Assembly (NCBI GenBank): GCA_030681265.1
Contig: JAUXXD010000201.1
Coordinates: 7,870-71,869 of the forward strand
Source of the DNA: Candidatus Didemnitutus sp.
Lineage (GTDB): Bacteria > Verrucomicrobiota > Verrucomicrobiia > Opitutales > Opitutaceae
DNA length: 64,000 bases
Direction of reading: 5' to 3'
A program made the position numbers and the translations under genes. Below are positions 47,044 to 57,900 of the stretch, piece after piece; the stretch's first letter is position 1, and every line of letters starts with the position of its first letter. The notes below the pieces were generated by a model. The model ran no database searches and was not told where the DNA came from. It saw only the letters and a list, made by a program, of their open reading frames with translations.

Positions 47044-50000
47044 ATGCTCACTTTCTTCATCCGTAATACGTTTCTCACGCTCGCGGCGGCAGTGGCCCTC
47101 GTGCTCGCCGGGTTGTGGGCGTGGCGCAACGTGCCGGTCGATGCGATCCCCGACCTGAGCGACAATCAGGTCATCGTGTGGGCCGAGTGGCCGGGGAAGA
47201 GCCCGCAGGATATGGACCAACAGGTGACGTCCCGCCTCGCGCGCGAACTGCAGGGGCTGCCTGGCGTCATCACCGTGCGCGGCATGTCGCTTTACGGCGC
47301 GAGCTACGTTTATGTGATCTTCGAAGAGCGGCGCGATCTCTACGATTGCCGCACGCGTGTGCTCGAGCGACTGGCGCAGATGCAAGGCTTGTTGCCGGCT
47401 GGCGTGAATCCGCGGCTCGGCCCGGATGCGACGGCGATGGGGCAGGTGTATGCCTTCACGTTGCAGGGGCCGGCGAGTGTCGAGCGGAAGCGCTACGTGC
47501 TCGACCAGATCGTCGTGCCGGCGCTGCAGGCCGTGCCGGGCGTGGCGGAGGTCGCACCTGCCGGCGGCATGGTGCGCGAGTATCAAATCGACGTCGACCC
47601 GGTGCGACTCGCTGCGCATGGCATCACGCTCGACATGCTGATGATGGCCGTGCAGCGGGCGGGGCGTGACGTCGGCGCGATGAGCGTGGAACAATCGGGC
47701 GTCGAAACCATGATTCGCGGACTCGGCTTCATCCGTTCGGTCGGCGACGTGGAAAACATCGTCGTCCGCGGTGATCCGAAAAAGGGTGCCGGTCTGCGGC
47801 TGGGCGACATCGCGCACGTGCAGCTCGGCGGACAATTCCGCCAGGGACTGCTCGCGGACGGTTATCAGGAGCACGTCGGTGCGATCATCGGCATGCGCGT
47901 TTACGAGGACCCGATGTCGGTCATCAATGCGGTTAAGCGTCAGCTCGTGAAGCTCACGCCGACGCTGGAGCGCGAGGGCTTGGTGGCGGAGGCGTTTTAC
48001 GATCGCTCGCAACTGATCCGGGAAACGACGGCGACGCTCGCGAACACGCTGCAACACGAAGTGATCGTGACGGCGTTGGTCGTGATGGCCTTTTTGCTGC
48101 ACGTGCGGGCGAGCATCGCGGTGGGTGTCGCGTTGCCGCTGGGAATGCTGTTCACGTTTACGGTGATGCACGCGTTCGGCGTGGGCGCGAATATCATGAG
48201 TCTCGCCGGCATCGCGATCGCGATCGGTGTGATGGTCGACTTCGGCATCATCATCACGGAAAATTCCACGCAGCACCTGATCGATTTGCAGGACCGCTGC
48301 CGGCGCGAAGGGCGGCCAATGCCGGTGTCGCCGTTCAACGCCGAAATCACCGAGGCGATCGTGAATGCGACGCGCGAAGTCGCGCGGCCGTTGTTGACGT
48401 CGGCCGCGACGACGATCGTGGGCTTCCTGCCGATCTTTTTTCTCACCGATCAGGCGGGGCGATTGTTTCAACCGCTCGCGCTGACGAAGACGCTGGCGAT
48501 TACCGGTGCGGTGATTGTCGGCACGTTGCTGGTGCCAGCGCTGTGCCGGTTGCTGCTGCCGCCGTGGCACGTGCGCAAGCCGGTGTTGCTCGCGATCGCC
48601 GGCGTCGTGGGCGGCGTGGCGTTCGGGTGGTTCATTCGCGACGGCTTCAGCATGCCGATGGAATACGGTCGCTGGGCGGTGAGCGTGCCGGGTTGGATTT
48701 TCGCGCCGTTGTTCGGTGGCTTGGTGGCGTCGGCGGTGTGGCGCGTCGGGCGGGAGCGGTTGGTGAACTACGAAGAGAATCCCGTCAGTCACGCGATTCA
48801 TGTCGGCTACAACTGGGCCTATGTGCGTGTGCTGCGGCATCGCGTGGCGTTCACGGTGGTGGTGGCGGCGCTGTCGGTCGGCGGGTATCTGCTCGGCGTC
48901 GGCTGGAACGCGATGAGCTGGCCACTGCGGAAAGTGTTTGCGGCGGCGGGCGCTGATCTCACGCAAACGACGCTCGATCAGCAAATGAGCCGATGGTTCC
49001 CCGGTGTGGGCGCCAGTTTTTTGCCGCCGCTCGATGAAGGCAGTTTGTTGTTCATGCCTTCGATTCCCGCGACGGGCGGGCTGGGCGAGACGCAGCGCGT
49101 GATGTTGATGCAGAACCGACTCATCGAAACGGTGCCGGAAGTCGCCGGCGTCATGGGCAAGATGGGCCGCGCCGAGACGGCGCTCGACCCGGCCCCGCTC
49201 GGCATGATCGAGACGGTGGTGTTGCTGAAGCCTTATGCGCAGTGGCCGGTGCATGAATTCCCGCGTGACGACGGGCGCATGGAAAAACGTCCGCGCACGC
49301 TCGCCGAGGTGCGGGCGGCGTTGGCGGCGATCAGCGACATTCCTGGCGTGGCACCGAGCTGGCTGCAGCCGATCGAGACGCGCGTGATCATGCTCTCGAC
49401 GGGCATCCGCAGTCTGATCGCACTGCAAGTGCTCGGTGACGACACGGACGCGCTCGAACGATTTGCGGAGAAGGCGGAGAAGGTTGTGCAACGCACGCCC
49501 GGTGCCGTCGACGTGCAGATGCAGCGCGAGGGCGGCAAACCCTACGCGGAGATCCGGCTCGATCCCGCCAAGCTCGCGCGCTTTGGCTTGCGCAATGACC
49601 AGGTGATGGACGCGGTCGAGACGGCGCTCGGCGGCATGGCGGTGACGTATTCGGTCGAAGGCGCGTTGCGTTATCCGGTGCGCATCCGCTACGCGCGCGA
49701 ACGCCGGGACGATCCGGATGAGTTGCTGGAGTTGCGCGTGCCGGTGGGCGAAAGTGCGGTGCCGTTGAGCAACCTGCTCGCGAAGCCGACGGTGCACGTG
49801 TTGGCGCTGGCGGAAACGGGATTGGACGCAGCGGCTTTGAGCGCGCGGCTGCCGTTGGCGCACCAGCGGAATTTCGTCGTGTTGTCGCCGCGGCGCGCGG
49901 AGCTGACGATGGCGGCCGGCGAGGTGTTGCCGAAGGAAATCACAGACGCCGTGAGCGCGCGCGAACTGCGGATTGCGGGGACGCGACCGAGTGCGCTCGG

Positions 50001-50745
50001 GTTGACTTACACGATCGGGCCGATGGCGATCCGCTCGGAAGGCGGCAAGCGCACGCAATATGTGATGCTCAACGTGAGCGGTCGCGGTGAAGTCGAGGTG
50101 GTGCGCGACGCCGATGCGCGGTTGCGCGAGGCGATTGCGCGCGGTGAGCTCGAATTGCCGGCGGGAGCGACGTTCCGCTGGGTGGGCCGTTACGAACAAA
50201 AACTGAAGGCCGATGCGGCGATGAAATGGATCATCATGGCGTCGATGGCGGTGATGATTGTGTTGATCTACGTCGGCACGCGTTCGTGGGTCGTGACTGG
50301 AATCATTTTGCTCTGCAATGTGCCGGTGAACACGGCCGGCGGTTTCCTGATGATCTGGCTGTGGGGCGCGGAGATGACGACGGCGGTGATCGTCGGCTTT
50401 CTTGTGCTACTTGGCGTGATGTTCAACGACAGCATTTTGCTCGGCACGTATATTCACGAGCAGTTCAAGACGCGGCCGAAGGACGTGGAGGAGGTGCGCG
50501 CCAGGGTGTTTTATGCCGGGCTGCGGCGGCGGCGACCGGCGATCATGACGACGGCAACCACGCTGATTTCGCTCGTGCCGGTGTTGTGGTCGACAGGCCG
50601 CGGCGCGGAACTGATGCAACCGATGGTGCTGCCGGTGGTGGGCGGCATGATCTTCGACGTGGTGTCGCTGTTCGCGGTGCCGGTGTTTTATACGTGGTAT
50701 TGGGAACGGAAGCTGGCGCGGGAGGCCGCGGCGGGCGTGAAGTGA
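47044..50745 (+). CDS. cusA: CusA-type heavy-metal RND efflux pump, Cu/Ag(I)-like, with insertions
   Basis: VDAIPDLSDNQVIV, AIGVMVD; Met-site equivalents LLFMP, PLGMIET, IMLSTG; 1233 aa. Confidence 0.9.
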   Translation: MLTFFIRNTFLTLAAAVALVLAGLWAWRNVPVDAIPDLSDNQVIVWAEWPGKSPQDMDQQVTSRLARELQGLPGVITVRGMSLYGASYVYVIFEERRDLYDCRTRVLERLAQMQGLLPAGVNPRLGPDATAMGQVYAFTLQGPASVERKRYVLDQIVVPALQAVPGVAEVAPAGGMVREYQIDVDPVRLAAHGITLDMLMMAVQRAGRDVGAMSVEQSGVETMIRGLGFIRSVGDVENIVVRGDPKKGAGLRLGDIAHVQLGGQFRQGLLADGYQEHVGAIIGMRVYEDPMSVINAVKRQLVKLTPTLEREGLVAEAFYDRSQLIRETTATLANTLQHEVIVTALVVMAFLLHVRASIAVGVALPLGMLFTFTVMHAFGVGANIMSLAGIAIAIGVMVDFGIIITENSTQHLIDLQDRCRREGRPMPVSPFNAEITEAIVNATREVARPLLTSAATTIVGFLPIFFLTDQAGRLFQPLALTKTLAITGAVIVGTLLVPALCRLLLPPWHVRKPVLLAIAGVVGGVAFGWFIRDGFSMPMEYGRWAVSVPGWIFAPLFGGLVASAVWRVGRERLVNYEENPVSHAIHVGYNWAYVRVLRHRVAFTVVVAALSVGGYLLGVGWNAMSWPLRKVFAAAGADLTQTTLDQQMSRWFPGVGASFLPPLDEGSLLFMPSIPATGGLGETQRVMLMQNRLIETVPEVAGVMGKMGRAETALDPAPLGMIETVVLLKPYAQWPVHEFPRDDGRMEKRPRTLAEVRAALAAISDIPGVAPSWLQPIETRVIMLSTGIRSLIALQVLGDDTDALERFAEKAEKVVQRTPGAVDVQMQREGGKPYAEIRLDPAKLARFGLRNDQVMDAVETALGGMAVTYSVEGALRYPVRIRYARERRDDPDELLELRVPVGESAVPLSNLLAKPTVHVLALAETGLDAAALSARLPLAHQRNFVVLSPRRAELTMAAGEVLPKEITDAVSARELRIAGTRPSALGLTYTIGPMAIRSEGGKRTQYVMLNVSGRGEVEVVRDADARLREAIARGELELPAGATFRWVGRYEQKLKADAAMKWIIMASMAVMIVLIYVGTRSWVVTGIILLCNVPVNTAGGFLMIWLWGAEMTTAVIVGFLVLLGVMFNDSILLGTYIHEQFKTRPKDVEEVRARVFYAGLRRRRPAIMTTATTLISLVPVLWSTGRGAELMQPMVLPVVGGMIFDVVSLFAVPVFYTWYWERKLAREAAAGVK

Positions 50746-50932
50746 AGCCGGGCCGGTTTCAACCAGCGCGCCGACCCAGCGCGGCGGCGGCGCTGGCCAC
50801 CGGGGCGAGCTCACCGTGGGCGGAGTTGTTTGTTGCAGCGGGCGCGCGCCTAGCGTTTCGGAACGGCGCACCGGCCGTGGGTAATGGTTAATTTTGACTC
50901 GGCACTGTTCGCGAGTTGGGAATGATGTAGCG

Positions 50933-52402
50933 ATGCAACGGCTGAAAGTTTTACTCGTCACCTCCGAAATGGAACCGTTTGTGAAGGTCGGCGGCTTGGC
51001 CGACATGGTCGGCGCGTTGCCGAAAGAAGTGGCGGCGTTGGGGCACGACGTGCGCGTCGTGTGCCCACTCTACGGTTCAACCAAACGCGTGGGGACGTGG
51101 AGCGCGCGACCTGAGCCGCTCGGCGTGGATGTCGGGGCGCAGGCGGCGTGGGCGCGCACGTGGGAGACGACATTGCCGGACAGTGCGGTGCCGGCGTATT
51201 TCATCGAGCATGAGCAGTATTTCGGCCGGCCTGAAGTTTATAGCGAGACCGACGACAATCCGTTTCGTTTTGCGTTGTTCTGCCGCGCGACATTGGCGCT
51301 ATGCGAGCAACTCGATTGGATTCCCGACGTGATTCACTGTCACGATTGGACGACGGGATTGTTGCCGGTGATGCTCAACACCACACTGCGCGACAAGCCA
51401 ATCGGGAACGCCGCGACGGTGTTCACGATACATAACATGGAGCACCAAGGACTCTCGCCCCATGCAATCGTCGACTACGCGCGCCTACCGGCGGCGGAGT
51501 ATCGCGGCGATAGTATCGAGAGCATGGGGCAGGTGAACATGCTCAAGGCCGCGCTCTATCACGCGTCGAAAATCACGACGGTCAGTCCGACCTACGCGGA
51601 GGAAATCCGGCGACGCGACGGTGGTTGTGGCTTGGATCATGTGTTGCGGTTTCGCGGCGCGGATTTGCTCGGCATCCTCAACGGCGTTGACACGGCGAGT
51701 TGGGATCCGGCGACGGATAAGGCCTTGCCCGCGAATTATACAGCGACAGACCTCGCCGGCAAAGCGACGTGCAAGGCGACATTGCAGGCGCGACTTGATC
51801 TCACGGTTGACGCGAAAGTGCCGGTGTTCGGTGTGGTGGCGCGACTCGTGCACCAAAAGGGTTTGGACCTGCTGGCGGAGTCGATCGGTCACATCGTCGA
51901 GCGGATGAAGGTGCAATTCGCCGTGCTCGGCAGTGGCGATGCGCGGGTTGAGGCGGAATTTAAGAAAGCCGTCGCGCGTTACCCGGGCCGGGTGGGCGCG
52001 CATATCGGGTTCGACGGAAAACTGGCGCGCTTGATTCAGGCGGGCAGCGCTGCGTTCGTGATGCCAAGTCGTGCGGAGCCGTGTGGTCTGACGCAAATGT
52101 ATGCATTGCGTTACGGCACGTTGCCGATTGTGCGCGCCACCGGCGGATTGGTGGACACGGTGGTGGACCAAGGGGAGCAGGGCCGCGGCACGGGCTTTAT
52201 TTTCCGCGAGGCAAATTCCGCCGCGCTCTACCAAGCGATCGGGCGCGCCTGTGCGACCTACTATGATCGACCGGACGAATGGCGCGCGATGCAACTGCGC
52301 GGGATGGCGGTAGATTTTTCGTGGGCCAACAGTGCGGCGCGCTACGCCGATTGCTATCGTTGGGCCATCACGGCGCGCACCGGAATCACGCCCGAAGCGT
52401 GA
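50933..52402 (+). CDS. glgA: Glycogen synthase
   Basis: KVGGLADM, HCHDW, TIHN, QKG, EPCGLTQM. Confidence 0.95.
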   Translation: MQRLKVLLVTSEMEPFVKVGGLADMVGALPKEVAALGHDVRVVCPLYGSTKRVGTWSARPEPLGVDVGAQAAWARTWETTLPDSAVPAYFIEHEQYFGRPEVYSETDDNPFRFALFCRATLALCEQLDWIPDVIHCHDWTTGLLPVMLNTTLRDKPIGNAATVFTIHNMEHQGLSPHAIVDYARLPAAEYRGDSIESMGQVNMLKAALYHASKITTVSPTYAEEIRRRDGGCGLDHVLRFRGADLLGILNGVDTASWDPATDKALPANYTATDLAGKATCKATLQARLDLTVDAKVPVFGVVARLVHQKGLDLLAESIGHIVERMKVQFAVLGSGDARVEAEFKKAVARYPGRVGAHIGFDGKLARLIQAGSAAFVMPSRAEPCGLTQMYALRYGTLPIVRATGGLVDTVVDQGEQGRGTGFIFREANSAALYQAIGRACATYYDRPDEWRAMQLRGMAVDFSWANSAARYADCYRWAITARTGITPEA

Positions 52403-52483
52403 AGCGCGCGACCCTTGCGATATGACACGCCGGCGCGAGGTCGGCGTTGACAGCGTCGCCCACAAACCACACCAACAAGGCCT

Positions 52484-52555
52484 GTGATTCGTTTCTCCGC
52501 CTATTTCTTTTTTGCATTCGCCGGCTACTTTGCCCCGCGAAACATGGGCGGCTAA
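52484..52555 (+). CDS. Phe/Tyr-rich attenuator leader peptide (23 aa)
   Basis: GTG start: MIRFSAYFFFAFAGYFAPRNMGG (6 Phe, 2 Tyr); TTGACA at 52447-52452. Confidence 0.85.
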   Translation: MIRFSAYFFFAFAGYFAPRNMGG

Positions 52556-52591
52556 CTCGAAGCATAAACTGATTAACCAGATTTAAGCACC

Positions 52592-52626
52592 AGAGCCGCC
52601 CCCCACCGGGCGGCTCTTTTGTTTTT
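52592..52626 (+). terminator. Attenuator terminator; antiterminator alternative with 52546-52553
   Basis: AGAGCCGCCC-CCCACC-GGGCGGCTCT then TTTGTTTTT; GGGCGGCT in the leader end can pair with AGCCGCCC (52594-52601). Confidence 0.88.
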
Positions 52627-52643
52627 CCAACCCCGCCAACGCC

Positions 52644-53696
52644 ATGATCCTGCCCAAGAACAATCGCCTCACTTCCGAACAACTGCTCGAAATCACCACC
52701 ATCGTGATGGAGTTCGATTGCAAGATTCAGCCCATCGACGGCGCTGTGCGCACCATCTACGCGATTGTCGGCGACGAGCGCGACGACCTCATGATCAACC
52801 GCCTCGAAGGACTCGATTATGTTGACCGTATCGATCGGATCCAGAGTCCGTTCAAGTTGATGGATCGTCGCTCGGACCTCGCCAATCACCGCCTCGTTAT
52901 CGGGAACGTCACGCTCGGGGAAGAGCTGCTCGTCATCGCGGGGCAGTGCACCATCGATCCGAAGAATCCCAACTACTTCATCGAAACTGCGCTTGCAGTA
53001 AAGGAAGCCGGCGCCAACGCCATCCGGGGCGGCGTGTGGAAGCCGCGCACCAATCCCTACAGCTTCCAAGGCGACGCGCGCTCGCTCGAAATCCTGATGG
53101 ACGCCTCGCGCCGCACCGGCTTGCCCGTTGTTTCCGAGGTGATGGAGCCGGAGCATATCAAGCTCGCGCTTGATGCCGGCGTGCATGTCTTGCAAATCGG
53201 TGCGCGCAACGCGCTCAACTACTCGCTGCTCCGCCAGGTCGGCCGCGCCATTGCCGGACGCACCACCACCGTGATGCTCAAGCGCAGCATTCACAACGGG
53301 CCTCTCAGCGAATTCATTTCCGCCGCCGAATACATCGCCGCCTTCGGCAATCCCAACGTCGTGCTCTGCCCGCGTGGCACCACGCCGACGCTCGACGGCT
53401 ACCGCAATTACCCCGACGAATCGATCACGCCGCTGCTGAAGGAGAAAACTTGGGCGCCCGTCGTCGTCGATCCGTCCCACTCCGTCGGCAAAGCCACCTA
53501 TGTGCCCGCCGCCGCGCTCGCCGCTGTGGCTTACGGCGCGGACGGGCTCTGCATCGAGGCGCACGTCAGCCCGTCGCACGGCATCGGCGACGACCCGAAA
53601 CAAGCGGTGACACCAGCCACCCTGATGGAAATTATTCACCGTGCCCGTGCTTTGCACGCCGTCGTCCACGCCACACCCACCGCCACCCGCTCATGA
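52644..53696 (+). CDS. aroF: DAHP synthase, class I-beta with N-terminal regulatory domain
   Basis: IAGQCTI, RGGVWKPRTNPYSFQG, LQIGARN, VVDPSH. Confidence 0.92.
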   Translation: MILPKNNRLTSEQLLEITTIVMEFDCKIQPIDGAVRTIYAIVGDERDDLMINRLEGLDYVDRIDRIQSPFKLMDRRSDLANHRLVIGNVTLGEELLVIAGQCTIDPKNPNYFIETALAVKEAGANAIRGGVWKPRTNPYSFQGDARSLEILMDASRRTGLPVVSEVMEPEHIKLALDAGVHVLQIGARNALNYSLLRQVGRAIAGRTTTVMLKRSIHNGPLSEFISAAEYIAAFGNPNVVLCPRGTTPTLDGYRNYPDESITPLLKEKTWAPVVVDPSHSVGKATYVPAAALAAVAYGADGLCIEAHVSPSHGIGDDPKQAVTPATLMEIIHRARALHAVVHATPTATRS

Positions 53697-54769
53697 AAAA
53701 GGAACTTTCCCAAATTCGCGTGCAGATCGATGCGATTGATCTGCGCGTCGTCAAGTTGCTCAACGCCCGCCTCAAACTCGCGCAACGCATCGGCGAAGTG
53801 AAGCGCGACGCACGCGGACGCATCTATGTCGCCGAGCGCGAAGCGGAAGTGTTGCGCCGCGTCGCCGAAGCGAACACCGGTCCGTTGCGCCCGGCGGCCT
53901 TGCAGGCGATTTACCGCGAGATCATGTCAGCCGCACTCGCGTTAGAGAAGCCGCTCATCGTTGCCTACCTCGGACCGGAAGCGACCAACACGCACGCGGC
54001 GGCGCTGAAGAAATTCGGCGCGAGCGTCGATTATCGTCCGATGCCATCGCTCAGCGATGTGTTCACGGCCGTGGAGAAGGGCGAAGCGGATTACGGCGTG
54101 GTGCCGATTGAAAATTCCACCGAAGGCTCCGTGCGCGACTCGCTCGATCTTTTCGTCGAGACGCCGCTGAAGCTTGTCGCCGAGCTGCAAATCGAAATCG
54201 ACCACACGTTGCTCTCCAACGAGCCGCTGGACAAGATTCGCAAAGTTTACTCGAAGGACCAGGCGCTGGCGCAGTGCCGTCGTTGGCTGCAACGCCATTT
54301 GCCACACGCGCAGTTGGTTGATGTGGACAGCACCGCGCTCGGCGTGCAGCGCGCCGCGCAAGAGAAGGGCGCCGCGGCCGTCGGTCCGCGACTGGCGGGT
54401 GTCCGTTATGGGGTGCCTGTCGCCGCCGCACGCATTCAGGATCAAAAGAACAACACGTCGCGCTTCGGCATTCTCGGTCTCGAACCATCGGGCACGGCGG
54501 GCAGTGGACGCGACAAGACGAGTCTGCTCGTCTCGTTGCATCACGAACCCGGCGCGCTGTTGAAGGCGTTGACGCCGTTCAATCGCCGCAAGCTCAACCT
54601 CACGCGCATCGAGTCGCGCCCGAGCCGGTTGCGGCCGTGGGACTACATTTTCTTCCTCGATGTCAGCGGCCACTACGACGACCCGTTGATGCAACGCGCC
54701 TTGAAGGACCTGCGCCGCCACTGCCCGTTAGTGAAGTGGCTCGGCAGTTATCCCGCCGCGAAGCTTTAG
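53693..54769 (+). CDS. pheA: Chorismate mutase / prephenate dehydratase (P-protein)
   Basis: RVQIDAID (CM), YLGPEAT, VPIENSTEG, NTSRF, IESRP (ACT). Confidence 0.95.
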   Translation: MKKELSQIRVQIDAIDLRVVKLLNARLKLAQRIGEVKRDARGRIYVAEREAEVLRRVAEANTGPLRPAALQAIYREIMSAALALEKPLIVAYLGPEATNTHAAALKKFGASVDYRPMPSLSDVFTAVEKGEADYGVVPIENSTEGSVRDSLDLFVETPLKLVAELQIEIDHTLLSNEPLDKIRKVYSKDQALAQCRRWLQRHLPHAQLVDVDSTALGVQRAAQEKGAAAVGPRLAGVRYGVPVAAARIQDQKNNTSRFGILGLEPSGTAGSGRDKTSLLVSLHHEPGALLKALTPFNRRKLNLTRIESRPSRLRPWDYIFFLDVSGHYDDPLMQRALKDLRRHCPLVKWLGSYPAAKL

Positions 54770-54947
54770 TCGGCTGGGGATTGGCGCGTGGTCGGGCTGG
54801 AATAGCCTTAGGCGAAAGCGAATTTCCCTCCGCACAGAAGTTGGGCGCGGCGATGATGGGCCGCGCCTCGGCCCATCGCTAATAACTCCCCCTATGTCAC
54901 AAGGTTCGCTCGGTCTCGGCTCAGTTCGTGCTAATTTATCTGTCGCT

Positions 54948-57900
54948 ATGCATCCCTGTGTTTCTCCCTCGCCGCTCTACGACCGCGAATTCGAGCATGA
55001 CGCTTGCGGTGTGGGCTTTGTTGCCCGCATCGATGGCTTCCGCACGCACGACGTGCTCAAACACAGTCTGACCGCCCTGAAAGCGCTCGCTCACCGCGGG
55101 GCGATTGACGCCGATTCTTCGACCGGTGACGGCGCCGGCGTCATGACCCAGCTCCCGTATGATATCATCCGCGCGCACTTGGCGGCGTTGAACGTCAACG
55201 CGGTGCCGAAGGACAAGGATCTGGCCGTCGCGATGTTGTTTCTTCCGCGCGACAACGATCTGGCGCAGGCGCAGATTCGCAAAATCGTCATCGAATCGAT
55301 CAAGGAAGAAGGTCTCGGCTTCGTCGCCTGGCGCGAGGTGCCGACGGATTTTTCGATTCTCGGTCGCAAAGCCGCGGACACGCGCCCGCTCATTTTACAG
55401 GCGATTATCGCGCGCCTCGACGATTCAAATGACGACGGTTTCGAACGTCATCTGTTCCTCGCGCAAAAAGTGGCGGAGCGCCGCTGCGCGTCGGCGCGGC
55501 TCGACGGTTTCTATATCTGCAGCTGTTCCGCGCGCACCATCGTTTACAAGGGCCTGCTCAACGCGCCCGAAGTGCGCCGCTTCTTCCCGGATTTGCGCGA
55601 CCCACGTTTCACGACGGCGTTTGCCATTTTCCACCAACGTTACTCGACCAACACGTTCCCGACGTGGAATCTCGCGCAGCCGTTCCGCGCGCTCGCCCAC
55701 AACGGTGAAATCAACACCGTGCGCGGCAACCGCGCTCGCATGCAGGCGCGCGAACGCGCCATGACCGGTGGCACATGGGGCCCGCGGTTCGCCGACCTGC
55801 ATCCGGTCGTGCAAGACGGCATGTCGGACTCCGCGAGCTTCGACAACGTCCTGGAAATCCTCTCGCTCGGTGAGCGCTCGATGCTGCACTCGATGATGAT
55901 GATGGCGCCGCCGGCGTGGGAACAGAATCCCAACCTCAGTCCGGAAGTGCGGGCGTTTTTTCAATACCATTCGCTGATGATGGAGCCGTGGGACGGTCCG
56001 TCCGCGCTCGTATTCTCCGATGGCCGGGTCGTTGGTGCGACGCTTGACCGCAACGGTCTGCGTCCGGCGCGCTACAAGGTTTACGACGACGGTCACGTCT
56101 TGCTCGCGTCGGAAACGGGGCTCGTGCCCGATTTGCCCGGCCAAGTGATTCACTCCGGCCGTCTCGGACCGGGTCGCATGATCGCAGTTGATTTGGAAAA
56201 CAAGCGCCTGCTGAGCGACGAAGACATCAAGCGCGAGATCGCCGCCAAGCCGATCTACAAGGATTGGTGCGATCGTCATCTGATCAACTTGCAGAAGTTT
56301 GCCGCCGCCGCGCCCGAAGGTGGCGTGATCACGCCGGAAGCCAACTATCGCGCCACCGTGCTGCAGCAGCAACTGGCCTTCGGTTACGACACCGAGGAGA
56401 TCGAACTCGTCCTCTCGCCCCTCGCCGTCGGCCTCGAGCCCACCGGCTCGATGGGCGACGACACGCCGCTCGCCGTGCTTTCGCGCCGCCCGCGTCTGCT
56501 CTACACGTATTTCAAGCAGCTCTTCGCGCAGGTGACAAATCCGCCGATCGATTCGATCCGCGAAAAATCCGTCATGTCGCTTGGCGCCTCCCTCGGGCCG
56601 CGCATGAGTCTCTTCGAAACCGCGCTCGCTCCGAGCGGCGTGCTCACGCTCGATTCACCGATTCTTTTCGACCACGAAGTCGAAGCACTCTCGGCCGTCC
56701 CGCTTTTCCGCAACGCCGTTGTGCGCCTCTCCGTGTTGCTGGAGGTCAACGGTAACGAAGACACCCTCGCCGAAGCCGTGCACGATCTCGCGCAACGCGC
56801 GCTCAACGCCGTGGAAAACCAAGGTGCGAAAATCATCATCCTTTCTGACCGCGGTTTGTCGCCGACGAAGGCGGCGATTCCGATGCTCCTCGCCACCGGT
56901 GCGGTGCAACATCGCCTCATTCGTGCGGGTCTTCGGCTCAAGTGCGACATCGTCGCCGAAACCGGCGAAGCGCGCGAAGTGCATCACGTCGCGTGTCTCG
57001 TCGGCTACGGGGCCAACGCCGTGAATCCTTACCTCGCCCTCGCGACGGTGCGTGAACTTGCCAACCAAGGTAAACTCGCCACGCCGGCGCAACCGCAGGA
57101 AGCGGAAAAGAATTTCAAGAAAGCGATCGAAGCCGGTCTCTTGAAGGTCCTCGCGCGCATGGGCATCAGCACCATCGCGAGCTACCGCGGCGCGCAGATT
57201 TTCGAAGCCATCGGCATCGGTAATAAAGTCGTCGAAGAATGTTTCGCGCGCACGCCGTCGCCGATCGGCGGCATCGGATATCGTCAAATCGCCGAGGAAA
57301 CTTTGCGGCGGCACGAACGCGCCTTTCCGCGTCCGAGTGGCGCGGCTTCCGAAGCAGAAGCGACCGCGGCTCCCGCCACAGGATTGTCCAGCGACGGTTA
57401 TTACAAGGTGAGCCGCAAGGGCGACGGCGAGTTCCACGGTTGGAACCCGAAGGTCGTCGCGGGCATGCACAAGTTTCTCAAAGGCGCGCAAGTCGAGGAT
57501 TTCAAAACCTTCTCGCACACGGCGAACGAACATCCGCCGGTTACGCTGAAAGATTTGCTCAAGTTGCGTTTTCCACCGGAAGGTCTGCCGCTCGAAGAAG
57601 TCGAGCCGGTGGAAGACATTCGTCGTCGCTTCACGACGGCGGGCATGTCGCTCGGCGCGCTCTCGCCCGAGGCGCACGAGACACTCGCGATTGCAATGAA
57701 CCGCATCGGCGGCAAATCGAACTCCGGCGAAGGCGGCGAAGATCCGTCGCGTTTCTTGCTCCGCGAAAATGGCGACAGCGCCAACAGTGCGATCAAGCAA
57801 GTCGCGTCGGGTCGCCTCGGCGTCACCGCGGAATATTTGGCCAACGCACGTGAAATCGAAATCAAGATGGCGCAAGGCGCGAAGCCCGGCGAGGGCGGCC

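Noticed and set aside
46810-50199. 1129-aa minus-strand ORF
   Set aside because: Arg-rich antisense shadow of cusA.
52386-53669. 427-aa minus-strand ORF over aroF
   Set aside because: Shadow ORF; the + strand carries clear DAHP synthase motifs.
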